Source: Bacteroidota bacterium
GTDB lineage: Bacteria; Bacteroidota; Bacteroidia; NS11-12g; UBA955
NCBI GenBank assembly: GCA_027621365.1
Contig: JAQCBH010000001.1
Coordinates: 133,308 to 197,307, forward strand
Reading direction: 5' to 3'
DNA length: 64,000 nt
Below, piece by piece: positions 1 through 9,588 of the stretch. The number at the start of each line of letters is the position of its first letter. Within the stretch, counting starts at the first letter, position 1. A program made the translations under genes and the position numbers. The notes under the pieces were generated by a model that worked only from the letters and a program-made list of their open reading frames with translations, had not been told where the DNA came from and did not search any database.

Positions 1-67
1 CTTCGGCTCCTTTGCGGCTTTGTTTATAGCCTTGACCAAAACCCAATTTGAAAGCAGAAAATGGTAA
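1..67 (+). CDS. 3' end of an upstream membrane-protein gene (partial); position fits the gliding-motility ABC permease GldF
   Basis: Frame 2 is open from the window edge (..FGSFAALFIALTKTQFESRKW) to TAA at 65-67. It overlaps the ATG of the next gene (ATGGTAA). The tail is hydrophobic. The call rests on gldF-gldG adjacency; the fragment is too short to identify by sequence. Confidence 0.35.
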   Translation, partial: FGSFAALFIALTKTQFESRKW

Positions 68-1836
68 AGAACAAACGAAACCAACGCAGCCAAAGCTTGA
101 TCAATCTCTTGGTCACGCTGCTCGTCATTGCCGTTGTCAACGCTTTGGGCTCGGTCTATTACCAGCGATTTGACCTCACTTCTGAAAAGCGATACACCTT
201 GAGCGAAACCAGCCTTAAGTTGGCTCAATCGCTCGAAGAGACCTTGTATTTCCGATTGTATTTGGAGGGCGATATGTCAGCCAAGTTCAAACAGCTCAAA
301 TCTGAATTGCGCGACATGGCTTACGAATTTCGAGAAGCCAGCGGCCGCAAAATCGAGATCGAAGTGGTAGACCCTTTTGAGGGCCAGGAGGTCAAGGACA
401 TCACGGGCATTTTGGAAGATTTTGCCGGCCGCGGCATTGAGCCCGTTCGCGACATCGACTCTGAGAATCCCGATGAAACCCGAATCAAGTATTTGTTGCC
501 CGGTGCCGAAATGAACTATGCAGGCAAAACTGCCGCGGTCAACTTTTTCGAATACGACGTAGCCAAAAGTCCAGAAGCCAACATTCAGGCCGCCATAGAC
601 AACATGGAATACGAATTTGCCAATGGGCTTCGTCAGTGCGTTCGAAACAAGAGACCCGTCATTGCCGTCAGCGATGGCCATGGCGAAATGATCGGTGCCG
701 AAGTGCAGAGCTTCGCCGCCGAGCTGAGCAAATTCTATTCGGTTTCGGCCTTGAATTTGAGCACCACTGATTTGGCGAATTTCAAACCAAGTCCCGAGCA
801 ATTGGCTGCAGCCGGGGGCAACATGGACAGCCTCTTTTGGCAGAACTTGGAACGCATTCAACGCCGATTGAGTTTGAGCGATCTATTGATGATCATCAAA
901 CCCGCCACCGACTTCTCTCCCTCTGATCTATACTTGATTGACCAATATGTCATGAATGGAGGGCGCGTACTCATGTTGCTGGATGCTTTGAATATTGAAA
1001 TCGATAGTTTCCAAAGCAACAGCTCCAACTTTGCTTTTGACCGCAACTTGGAAAACCTCTCTGAAAACCTGTTTCGCTACGGAGTCAAACTGGAGAACAC
1101 CCTGCTGATGGATCAAAACTGCAATCAAATTCCTGTACCGGTTTCAGGTCGCATGGAAATGATGGATTTCTTTTACTTCCCCTTGTTTGTTCAGCCCAGC
1201 ACACCTCACGTGATCAATAAAAACGTAGGGGCCATTTGGGCTCAGTTTCCCAGTTCCCTGGAAGCCAAACCTCGTGAAGGACTTCAGGTTACTCCCTTGT
1301 TGAGTAGCAGCCCATATTATAAAGTCATTCAAGCTCCTGCCGAAATCGACTTGGAAACTTCTCGCATGCAAGCCCAAGACCCTAAATACAGGTCCACCAT
1401 GCAGCAAAATGGAGTCAAGAGCGCGGGTTTGTTGTTGGAAGGACAATTCGAGTCTCCCTACAAATACCAAAAGCACTACGGCAATCTTCCCTTTAAAGAA
1501 AAGGGTCAAAGCGCCATGATCGTGCTCGCTGATGGGGACTTGATGCGCAATCCAGTCAGTGGTCGTGGTCGTGTGTATCCCACCGGATACGATCGATTCA
1601 GCCAAATCACCTTTGCCAATAAGAAATTCCTGCTCAATTGCATTGATTATTTGGTGGATGATCAGGGCTTGATAGAAATCAGAGCCAAGGAGCGTCGCAT
1701 GCGTTTGCTGGACCCACAAAAGGCGAGAGCGGAAAAGGAATATTGGAAATGGTTCAATTTATTGGCTCCCCTATTTACCATTTTGGTTTTGGGCGTATTG
1801 AATCATTTTTGGCGATTGAAACGTTATACCCGTTAA
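61..1836 (+). CDS. gldG: gliding-motility ABC transporter auxiliary component GldG
   Basis: 591-aa ORF. An N-terminal TM helix (LINLLVTLLVIAVVNALG) and a C-terminal TM helix (LLAPLFTILVLGVLNHF) flank a large exported domain. This size and architecture are typical of GldG, and the gene sits in a T9SS/gliding neighbourhood. Confidence 0.7.
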   Translation: MVKNKRNQRSQSLINLLVTLLVIAVVNALGSVYYQRFDLTSEKRYTLSETSLKLAQSLEETLYFRLYLEGDMSAKFKQLKSELRDMAYEFREASGRKIEIEVVDPFEGQEVKDITGILEDFAGRGIEPVRDIDSENPDETRIKYLLPGAEMNYAGKTAAVNFFEYDVAKSPEANIQAAIDNMEYEFANGLRQCVRNKRPVIAVSDGHGEMIGAEVQSFAAELSKFYSVSALNLSTTDLANFKPSPEQLAAAGGNMDSLFWQNLERIQRRLSLSDLLMIIKPATDFSPSDLYLIDQYVMNGGRVLMLLDALNIEIDSFQSNSSNFAFDRNLENLSENLFRYGVKLENTLLMDQNCNQIPVPVSGRMEMMDFFYFPLFVQPSTPHVINKNVGAIWAQFPSSLEAKPREGLQVTPLLSSSPYYKVIQAPAEIDLETSRMQAQDPKYRSTMQQNGVKSAGLLLEGQFESPYKYQKHYGNLPFKEKGQSAMIVLADGDLMRNPVSGRGRVYPTGYDRFSQITFANKKFLLNCIDYLVDDQGLIEIRAKERRMRLLDPQKARAEKEYWKWFNLLAPLFTILVLGVLNHFWRLKRYTR

Positions 1837-1837
1837 G

Positions 1838-2440
1838 ATGTACGAATTCATTGAAGGAAATCTGGAAGCCCTTAGCCCCACGCATGCCGTCATCGGCAAC
1901 CAAGGCATGGGTTATCACTTGAGCATCAGCCTCAGCACCTATGAGCGAATCAAAGGACAAAAGCAAGTGCGCTTGTTTGCCGAGTTGGCTTTTCGCATTG
2001 AGAATCAGAGCCCTACAGCCATGGTTTTGTACGGATTTGCCGACCCCAGTGAACGGGAAATGTTTCGCTTGTTGACCTCTGTTTCAGGAGTGGGCAACAA
2101 CACGGGGCTTCTCATGCTATCCAGCCTAGACGCAGAGTCCTTGAGCTCCGCCATTTTGAACGGCAACGTAGGCCTATTGAAGAGCATCAAGGGCATCGGT
2201 GAAAAAACCGCTCAGCGAATTGTCTTGGAACTTCGAGACAAATTGGGAGGTAAAAAATTCCAACTTCATGCAACAGGTTCGGCCCATACGGGGTCCAACA
2301 TGGATGAAGCCCTGACCGCTTTGAGTGTTTTGGGATACAACAAAGCGGCCTCCGAAAAGGCTTTGCTCAAGGTGAGCAAGGAACTAGGAGGGTCGGCCAC
2401 CATCGAAGAGCTCATCAAGAATTCCCTTAAAATATTGTAA
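1838..2440 (+). CDS. ruvA: Holliday junction branch migration protein RuvA
   Basis: 200 aa with an MYEFIEG start. Helix-hairpin-helix motifs are present (SVSGVGNNTGLLMLS; IKGIGEKTAQRIVLELRDK). A C-terminal domain III follows (ALTALSVLGYNKAASEKAL). Confidence 0.9.
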   Translation: MYEFIEGNLEALSPTHAVIGNQGMGYHLSISLSTYERIKGQKQVRLFAELAFRIENQSPTAMVLYGFADPSEREMFRLLTSVSGVGNNTGLLMLSSLDAESLSSAILNGNVGLLKSIKGIGEKTAQRIVLELRDKLGGKKFQLHATGSAHTGSNMDEALTALSVLGYNKAASEKALLKVSKELGGSATIEELIKNSLKIL

Positions 2441-2502
2441 ATTGCACGTTTAGCCTCAGACAAAGCCTATAGCTCCAAACCTACCCTACGTATTCCTTAC
2501 AC

Positions 2503-5500
2503 ATGCACAGCTATTTGCAACCCACACGCCGTACCCATTGGTCAGCTATGTTGGGGGTTCTATTTGCCATGCTCGGATTCCTAGGGCCTCAATCACTAGG
2601 AGCGCAATCTGACAGCAGCCGAACCCCAAAACCGACCCTATTTCCCGAACCGTCGTCGGGTACGAATGTGGATTTGTCGAATCCGCTGCAAAAAACCTGG
2701 AAGTACAACGCCGCCAAAAACCGCTACGAGGCCTACAGCGAAATTGGCGCACTTTCCTATCCCACCGGCGAGAGCCTGAGTGTAACTGAGTACTTTCAAA
2801 TGCTGTCGAAAGACAAGCAGGGAGATTATTTCCGCCAGAAGACCCAAAGCAATGCCTATGCCCTTGGTGGAAATGACCGAGGCTCCATTTCTGATTATGT
2901 CAGAGCCGAATTGAACAACCCGACCATTTCCAAGGTCTTTGGTGAAGGGGGTGTTGATTTCCAACTCAACGGTTCGGCCATGGTCAAACTGGGCGGCAAC
3001 ATCAACGAAAACCGCAACCCTAGCAACAGCAAGCGCCAGCAGAAATACTTTGTACCCATGTTCGATCAGCAGATTCAAATTTCTGCCAACGGGAACATTG
3101 GGGAATTTGTCAAGTTGGGCATCAACTATGACACAGAGGCTGCTTTTGAATTCGACAACCAACAAAACCTGGGCTGGAAAGGCAAGCCCGACGGCATTTT
3201 AAAGGACGTTCAGGTCGGTAATGTGAGCCTCAATTTGCCGACACAGTTGATCAAACCGGCTAACAACCTATTCGGGGTATCGACCACCATGCAGTTCGGG
3301 AAAACCAAGGTCACCACGGTATTTTCTCAGAACAAGGGTCAGAGCACCGAAACCGTATTGAAGGGCGGAGCTCAATTGAACGAGTTCAAAATCAGCGCCG
3401 ACAACTACGACCAAAACCGACACTTTTTCTTGGCGCAATTCTTCCGCGACAACTACGATCAGTGGTTGGAGAATTTGCCCATCGTCGCTTCAGGCGTGGT
3501 CATCAACCGCGTTGAAGTATGGGTGACCAACCGAAATGCCAACGTTGAGACTCCTCGCGACATCATGGCCTACATGGATTTGGGTGACCCCAAACCTTAC
3601 AGAAGTAGCTTGAACGGCACAGGAACAGGAGCCGCCGACAATGCGGCCAACGGTTTGTACGCCCAGATTCAAAACGACGATTTGGCTCGAAACTCTCCCA
3701 CCGCCATCGATCGCCTGTATTCCCTGTTCCCCAATTTTGAACAAACGGTCGACTTTGATCTGCTCAACTACGCCCGACAGCTGAACGAAAAAGAGTTCAG
3801 CCTCAATACTCAGTTGGGTTACATCTCATTGACCCAACCGCTGAACAACGACGAGATTCTGGCCGTTGCCTTTGAATACACCTACAACGGAAATACGTAC
3901 CAAGTAGGAGAATTCTCGCGCGACGTAGCCCCTGGAGACCAAAAGGTTCTGCACTTGAAAATGCTCAAAGGCAACACGATTCGCACCCGTTTGCCCATTT
4001 GGGATTTGATGATGAAGAACATCTATGCGCTCAACACCTATCAATTGAGCCTGGAAGACTTCAAACTCAATCTGATTTACGCCGATGACACCTCTGGAGC
4101 TGACTACAATTACCTCCCAGTCACGGTAGACCTTCCCGAGCTCAAAGGAGGAAACCCCTTGTTGCGAGTGGTGGGTTTGGATAAATTGAACCGGCAACAG
4201 GAGGCCAAACCTGACGGGGTATTCGACGCCATTGAAGGAATCACCATCAATACTCAATACGCCCGCATCATCTTCCCGGTGGTGGAACCTTTTGGACAGT
4301 CTTTGAGGGAAAAATTCGACGCCTACAATGATCTAGCGGATTATTACTGCTTCAACGCCCTGTACGACTCGACCAAGTGGTTGGCCCAACAGGATGTCAA
4401 GCACAATAAATTTTTCTTGACGGGTAGTTTCAAAAGCGCCAACGGCGCCGAGCTGTATTTGGGAACCACCAACCTTCAGAGGGGTTCGGTACGAGTAACG
4501 GCCAACGGCAGACCTTTGCAAGAAGGCTTGGACTATGAAGTCGACTATGCATTGGGACGCGTGCGCATCACCAACCAAGGCTTGCTGCAAGGTGGAGCCG
4601 AGATTCGCGCTTCTGCAGACGGTCAATCCTTCTTCAACATACAGCAGAAAACGCTGTTAGGCGGTCGCATAGAGCACCAAGTCAACAAGCATTTGTTGTT
4701 GGGAGCTACGGCCCTTCACATGTACGAGCGGCCCTTGCAAACCAAGACCAATTTCAACGAAGAGCCCTTGTTAAATAGCATATTGGGAGCTGATTTGGCT
4801 TACAGCAGCCAGTCGCGCTACATCACCAAGTTGGTAGACAAGCTGCCCTTTTTGGAAACCAAAGAGGTTTCGAATGTGACGGCCTACTTGGAATTGGCGA
4901 AAATCTTCCCCCACAATCATAAGTCTCAGGGTGGGCAGCGAGGCATTTCCAATTTGGAAGACTTCGAGAATGCCGAATTGGCCAACGACTTCAAAGGTGC
5001 AGGAAACTGGACGGTCGCCTCCATTCCTCAGAAGCAGCCCGAATTGTTCCCCGACGTTCAATTGAGCGACAAACGATTCTGGTTGCAGCACCATGCGGCG
5101 CTCAGTTTCTACACGACTGACCCCTTGTTTTACCGGGATTTCGACATGCCCGACAACTTCAAAAACCGGGTAGACGAGATTTTGAGCGACCCTTATCAGC
5201 GTCAGGTAGATCAGCGCGAGGTTTTCCCTCAACGCCAATTCCCACAGGGTACTCCAACCATTCTCCCCACCTTGGATTTGTACTACCAACCCGGTATTCG
5301 CGGTTTGTACAACTTCAACTCCGACCCCAACGAGGTGAATGCTCAAGGCGAATTGCTAAACAAGAAGTTGAGTTGGGCGGGAATCATGCGCCGTGTCGAT
5401 CAAAATGATTTTGAAGCGGCCAACATCGATTACATCGAAATCTGGATGATGGATCCTTTGATGGATAAGCCTACCCTCAGCGGTGACTTGTACCTTCATT

Positions 5501-8500
5501 TGGGAAGCATCAGTGAGGATATTTTACCCGATCGTCGAAAGGCCTTTGAGAATGGATTGTCGGCCCAGGGATCTTACAACGAAGTGGACAGTTCCCTATT
5601 TGGCTTGGTTCCCACCGGCCCCCAGATCAATTTTGCCTTTGACAACAACCCCGGGAGCATCAAGGCCCAAGACGTGGGTTTGGACGGTTTGAACGACGCG
5701 CAAGAACGAACCTACTTGGATTCCGTTTACTTGCAAACATTAGCCACCAATTTTGGCACAGGCTCTCCTATATACCAGCAGGCCATCGAAGACCCCAGCG
5801 GGGACAACTTCACCCACTATTTGGATGAAAGCTACACCACAGCCGATGCTGATATTTTGGGCCGGTATAGCCGTTACCAAGGCATGGAAGGCAACTCCAA
5901 TCCCGACAAATACAGCTCAGGCCGCTATGCCGATATGCCCAAGAGTTCCACTCCGATTCCCAATGGAGAAGACATCAACCGTGACTTCACCATGAATCAG
6001 AGCGAAGATTACTTCCAGTATCGCATCAAAATCAACACCAACGATTTGCGCATTGGCAGCAACTACGTGGCCGATATAGTTTCCAACACCGTCACCCTTC
6101 GCAACGGAAAAGACAGAGAAATTCGCTGGATCCAGTTCAAAATTCCCATTCGGGAGTTTGAAAAATCGGTGGGCAACATTTCGGACTTCAAGAGCATTCG
6201 ATTTATGCGCTTGGTGGCTACGGGTTTTGAAGATGATGTGGTGATGCGCATTGGCTATTTGAACATGGTTCGTGCCGACTGGCGCCGATACACCAACAGC
6301 TTAAAAACCCCTGGCGTTGTGGTTCCTACCGACCCCAATGACGGCACCAAATTTGTGGTCAGCACCGTCAACTTGGAGGAGAACGGCAAGCGAAGCCCTG
6401 TAGCCTATGTACTGCCTCCTGGAATTGTACGGGTTCAAAACATGGCCAGTTTGGGGATGGTTCAAGAGAACGAGCAATCCCTGTCGGTTCAAGTCTGCGA
6501 CCTGAAGCCTGGAGATGCCCGCGCCGCATTTAAAACCAGCGAATTCGACGTTCGTAACTACAAGAGACTTCAGCTGTATGTTCACGCGGAAGAAGCCATT
6601 CAAAACACCATCAACGACGGTGAGGTATCAGCCTTCATTCGATTTGGTACAGACTTGAGCAACAACTACTACGAGTATGAGATCCCCTTGAAGATGACTC
6701 GTGGTTTTGTGAACACCAACTTGGCCAATGCCGAGTCACTGGTTTGGCCCGAAGAGAACTTCATTGACATCGCCTTCCAAGAGTTTTACAACTTGAAAAT
6801 TGAGCGTCAAAACGCAGGTTGGCCCATGACAGCTCCTTATGTTCGACCCAGTACCCGAGGCAAGATTTCGGTGATTGGTTTGCCCGACGTTGGAAACGTA
6901 CGCGTGGTCATGGTGGGCGTGAAAAACAACGGCACCAAGTTGAACTGCTTTGAAGTTTGGTTCAACGAACTGAGGGTAAAGGATATCGCCAACCAAGGCG
7001 GATGGGCGGCTCTCGGCAGCATGCAGACGCAATTGGCAGATTTTGGACAACTAAGTGTAGGCGGCACTATCAGAACCATCGGTTTTGGTGACGTTGACAA
7101 GAAGCTGAACGATCGCAGCCTCAATCACACCTACAACTATGACATTGCCTCCAACTTGGAGCTCGGCAAATTCTTCCCTGCCAAATCGGGCGTGAGCATC
7201 CCCATGTTCATTGGATGGTCTGAGAATGTGGTTCGTCCTAAGTTTTATCCGCTGAATCCTGATCTGGAATTGCAGACCTTCTTGAATGGCATAGCCAATC
7301 AGGCGCAACGAGATCAAATCTTGAAGGCGGCCCAAGAATACAACAGTTTGTACAGCTTGAACTTCGCCAACGTACGCTTGGCTTCATCAATGGGCCAAAA
7401 AGCCAAGTTGTATTCGCCCTCCAATTTCAGTGTGGGATACAGCTTCCAGCGCAATTACCGGAGCAACCAACAAATTGAAGAGTACTTCTTAGAAACCAGT
7501 CAAGCGACCTTGGGTTACGCGTACTCGACGAACACTTCCTTCATTCGCCCCTTCAAAAAAATCAAAGGAAAGAGCCTGGGCTTCGTGAGGGATTTCAACT
7601 TCAACTTCAAGCCTTCTACCTTGTCCACCAATTGGCAAGTCAATCGATTGTACAGCGAACAACAGGCGAGAAACAACAACAATTTCCGTCAGATCAATCC
7701 CCGAATGTTCGACAAGAACTTTACCATGAATCGCATGTACAACGTTTCGATTCCTTTGGCAACTTCCTTGAACTTGAGCTACACGGCTACTGCCAATGCT
7801 CGAATTCAAGAACCTTACGGTCGATTGGATACCGAAATAAAACGCGATTCCGTGCTGCAAGAGTTTTTGTCTTTGGGTCGCATGTCGCGCTTCTACCAAA
7901 ACACCAACCTATCCTATACCCTGCCCTTTGCCAAATTCAAGCGTTTGAACTGGATCTCTGGCTCGGTCACCTACCAGGGTAGCTACGAATGGAACCAGGC
8001 TCCTCCAGCCTTCGCGAGCATGGGTGCGCGCATTCAAAACAGTCAAGACATCAACTTGAGCAGTCAGCTGAACTTCACTCAGTTGTACAGCAAATTCAAG
8101 TGGCTCCGGGAATACAACAAGCCCAAAACCGTCAAGACCCCTCCCAAAGAAGAAGGCGAAGATCCCGATGGCGCTAGCGCCATCAAAACAGGTGGAACCA
8201 GCACCGTTCCTCCCAATCCAGCCGTGGTCATGGTCGGAAACTTCATTACCATGTTCAAAAATGCCAGCATGAACTACCAGCGCCGCGAAGGTTCTGAATT
8301 GCCTGGCTTTGCTTACAAACCCGATTATTTCGGCCAAAACTTCAAGCACATACAACCCGGCCTTGGTTATGTATTCGGTTTGCAAGACCCCAATTTGCGC
8401 TACCGTATGGCAGGAGACGGCGCCTTGTTGAACGATACCCGCCAACCCAACTTCTACCGCAACAACCTCACCGAAAGCTTTACGGGTAGTGTAACCATCG

Positions 8501-9588
8501 AACCCATCAAAGATTTCCGCATTCGTTTGGACGTCGTGAGAAACCAAACCAACGGCATTCAGAGCTTGTTCAAGTGGGATGGTTTTGATTGGGTTGACCA
8601 AGGCTTGACCCAAAACGGAACCTACAACGTGAGTGGCTGGTTCTTCCCCACCCATTTTGCCAAGAATTTGAATGCGGGCCCAGGAAACTACCCCAACCCC
8701 ATCTTCAAACAGTTCGAAGACAACCGCTACACCGTCGCTCAGCGATTGAGTTTGCAAGATCCCCGTGTTGGAGCCATTGCCACTGACACGATCACCAAGT
8801 TCCCCTTGGGATACAGCCGCAGCAGCCAAGATGTCATCATCGGTTCCTTCTATGCGAGCTATAGCGGTTTGGACCCCAGCTTGGCCGATATCTCTGGCTT
8901 CCCCAAAATTCCATTGCCCAACTGGAACATCAACTACACGGGACTAACCAAAATCAAGGCGATCGGCGAGAAGTTTTCCAACATCACCCTCAAACACGCT
9001 TACAACGGCAAATACACCATTGGTCAATTCAACCAAAACCTGCGTTACAGCACGGGTGAAGCGGCGGCTATGGGTGTGGATTTTACCCCCCAGTACCAGA
9101 TTGCCGACGTCACCATTTCAGAAGGCTTCTTCCCCTTGGCGGGAGTGAACATCACCACCAAAAAAGGATGGACACTGGGCATGGAATACAAGCGTAGCCG
9201 CGTTTTGAAATTATTCGCTGCCCAATTCAACTTGACCGAGATGCGCAGCAACGAATTCCAGTTGACTGGAGGTTACCGCGTAACAGGCCTGACATTGCCT
9301 TTCAGACGCAACGGTCGCAAGATTTACCTGCCCAACGATTTCCGCTTTGACCTGAGTGTTGCCGTTCAGGATAACTCGACCATGATTCGCAAAATTGACA
9401 TGGACATCAACAAGTACTCAGCGGGTATGAAGAACATTCGCATCGCTCCTTCTGTCACCTACCAGGTCAACGACAAAGTCAATTTCGCTTTGAGGTACAA
9501 CCGCGTGGTGATGGACCCCAAAATGGCTACCCAGTTCTATACGGCCCTTACCGAGTTCGGCATTGAGCTTCGCTACCAATTCAATTGA
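2503..9588 (+). CDS. sprA: T9SS translocon / cell-surface protein SprA (Sov family)
   Basis: 2361-aa ORF with a signal peptide (MLGVLFAMLGFLGPQSLGAQS). Composition is beta-barrel-like throughout and the C-terminus is aromatic (..LRYQFN). The size class is essentially unique to SprA/Sov in Bacteroidota. It lies next to gldG and a PorZ-like gene. Confidence 0.82.
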   Translation: MHSYLQPTRRTHWSAMLGVLFAMLGFLGPQSLGAQSDSSRTPKPTLFPEPSSGTNVDLSNPLQKTWKYNAAKNRYEAYSEIGALSYPTGESLSVTEYFQMLSKDKQGDYFRQKTQSNAYALGGNDRGSISDYVRAELNNPTISKVFGEGGVDFQLNGSAMVKLGGNINENRNPSNSKRQQKYFVPMFDQQIQISANGNIGEFVKLGINYDTEAAFEFDNQQNLGWKGKPDGILKDVQVGNVSLNLPTQLIKPANNLFGVSTTMQFGKTKVTTVFSQNKGQSTETVLKGGAQLNEFKISADNYDQNRHFFLAQFFRDNYDQWLENLPIVASGVVINRVEVWVTNRNANVETPRDIMAYMDLGDPKPYRSSLNGTGTGAADNAANGLYAQIQNDDLARNSPTAIDRLYSLFPNFEQTVDFDLLNYARQLNEKEFSLNTQLGYISLTQPLNNDEILAVAFEYTYNGNTYQVGEFSRDVAPGDQKVLHLKMLKGNTIRTRLPIWDLMMKNIYALNTYQLSLEDFKLNLIYADDTSGADYNYLPVTVDLPELKGGNPLLRVVGLDKLNRQQEAKPDGVFDAIEGITINTQYARIIFPVVEPFGQSLREKFDAYNDLADYYCFNALYDSTKWLAQQDVKHNKFFLTGSFKSANGAELYLGTTNLQRGSVRVTANGRPLQEGLDYEVDYALGRVRITNQGLLQGGAEIRASADGQSFFNIQQKTLLGGRIEHQVNKHLLLGATALHMYERPLQTKTNFNEEPLLNSILGADLAYSSQSRYITKLVDKLPFLETKEVSNVTAYLELAKIFPHNHKSQGGQRGISNLEDFENAELANDFKGAGNWTVASIPQKQPELFPDVQLSDKRFWLQHHAALSFYTTDPLFYRDFDMPDNFKNRVDEILSDPYQRQVDQREVFPQRQFPQGTPTILPTLDLYYQPGIRGLYNFNSDPNEVNAQGELLNKKLSWAGIMRRVDQNDFEAANIDYIEIWMMDPLMDKPTLSGDLYLHLGSISEDILPDRRKAFENGLSAQGSYNEVDSSLFGLVPTGPQINFAFDNNPGSIKAQDVGLDGLNDAQERTYLDSVYLQTLATNFGTGSPIYQQAIEDPSGDNFTHYLDESYTTADADILGRYSRYQGMEGNSNPDKYSSGRYADMPKSSTPIPNGEDINRDFTMNQSEDYFQYRIKINTNDLRIGSNYVADIVSNTVTLRNGKDREIRWIQFKIPIREFEKSVGNISDFKSIRFMRLVATGFEDDVVMRIGYLNMVRADWRRYTNSLKTPGVVVPTDPNDGTKFVVSTVNLEENGKRSPVAYVLPPGIVRVQNMASLGMVQENEQSLSVQVCDLKPGDARAAFKTSEFDVRNYKRLQLYVHAEEAIQNTINDGEVSAFIRFGTDLSNNYYEYEIPLKMTRGFVNTNLANAESLVWPEENFIDIAFQEFYNLKIERQNAGWPMTAPYVRPSTRGKISVIGLPDVGNVRVVMVGVKNNGTKLNCFEVWFNELRVKDIANQGGWAALGSMQTQLADFGQLSVGGTIRTIGFGDVDKKLNDRSLNHTYNYDIASNLELGKFFPAKSGVSIPMFIGWSENVVRPKFYPLNPDLELQTFLNGIANQAQRDQILKAAQEYNSLYSLNFANVRLASSMGQKAKLYSPSNFSVGYSFQRNYRSNQQIEEYFLETSQATLGYAYSTNTSFIRPFKKIKGKSLGFVRDFNFNFKPSTLSTNWQVNRLYSEQQARNNNNFRQINPRMFDKNFTMNRMYNVSIPLATSLNLSYTATANARIQEPYGRLDTEIKRDSVLQEFLSLGRMSRFYQNTNLSYTLPFAKFKRLNWISGSVTYQGSYEWNQAPPAFASMGARIQNSQDINLSSQLNFTQLYSKFKWLREYNKPKTVKTPPKEEGEDPDGASAIKTGGTSTVPPNPAVVMVGNFITMFKNASMNYQRREGSELPGFAYKPDYFGQNFKHIQPGLGYVFGLQDPNLRYRMAGDGALLNDTRQPNFYRNNLTESFTGSVTIEPIKDFRIRLDVVRNQTNGIQSLFKWDGFDWVDQGLTQNGTYNVSGWFFPTHFAKNLNAGPGNYPNPIFKQFEDNRYTVAQRLSLQDPRVGAIATDTITKFPLGYSRSSQDVIIGSFYASYSGLDPSLADISGFPKIPLPNWNINYTGLTKIKAIGEKFSNITLKHAYNGKYTIGQFNQNLRYSTGEAAAMGVDFTPQYQIADVTISEGFFPLAGVNITTKKGWTLGMEYKRSRVLKLFAAQFNLTEMRSNEFQLTGGYRVTGLTLPFRRNGRKIYLPNDFRFDLSVAVQDNSTMIRKIDMDINKYSAGMKNIRIAPSVTYQVNDKVNFALRYNRVVMDPKMATQFYTALTEFGIELRYQFN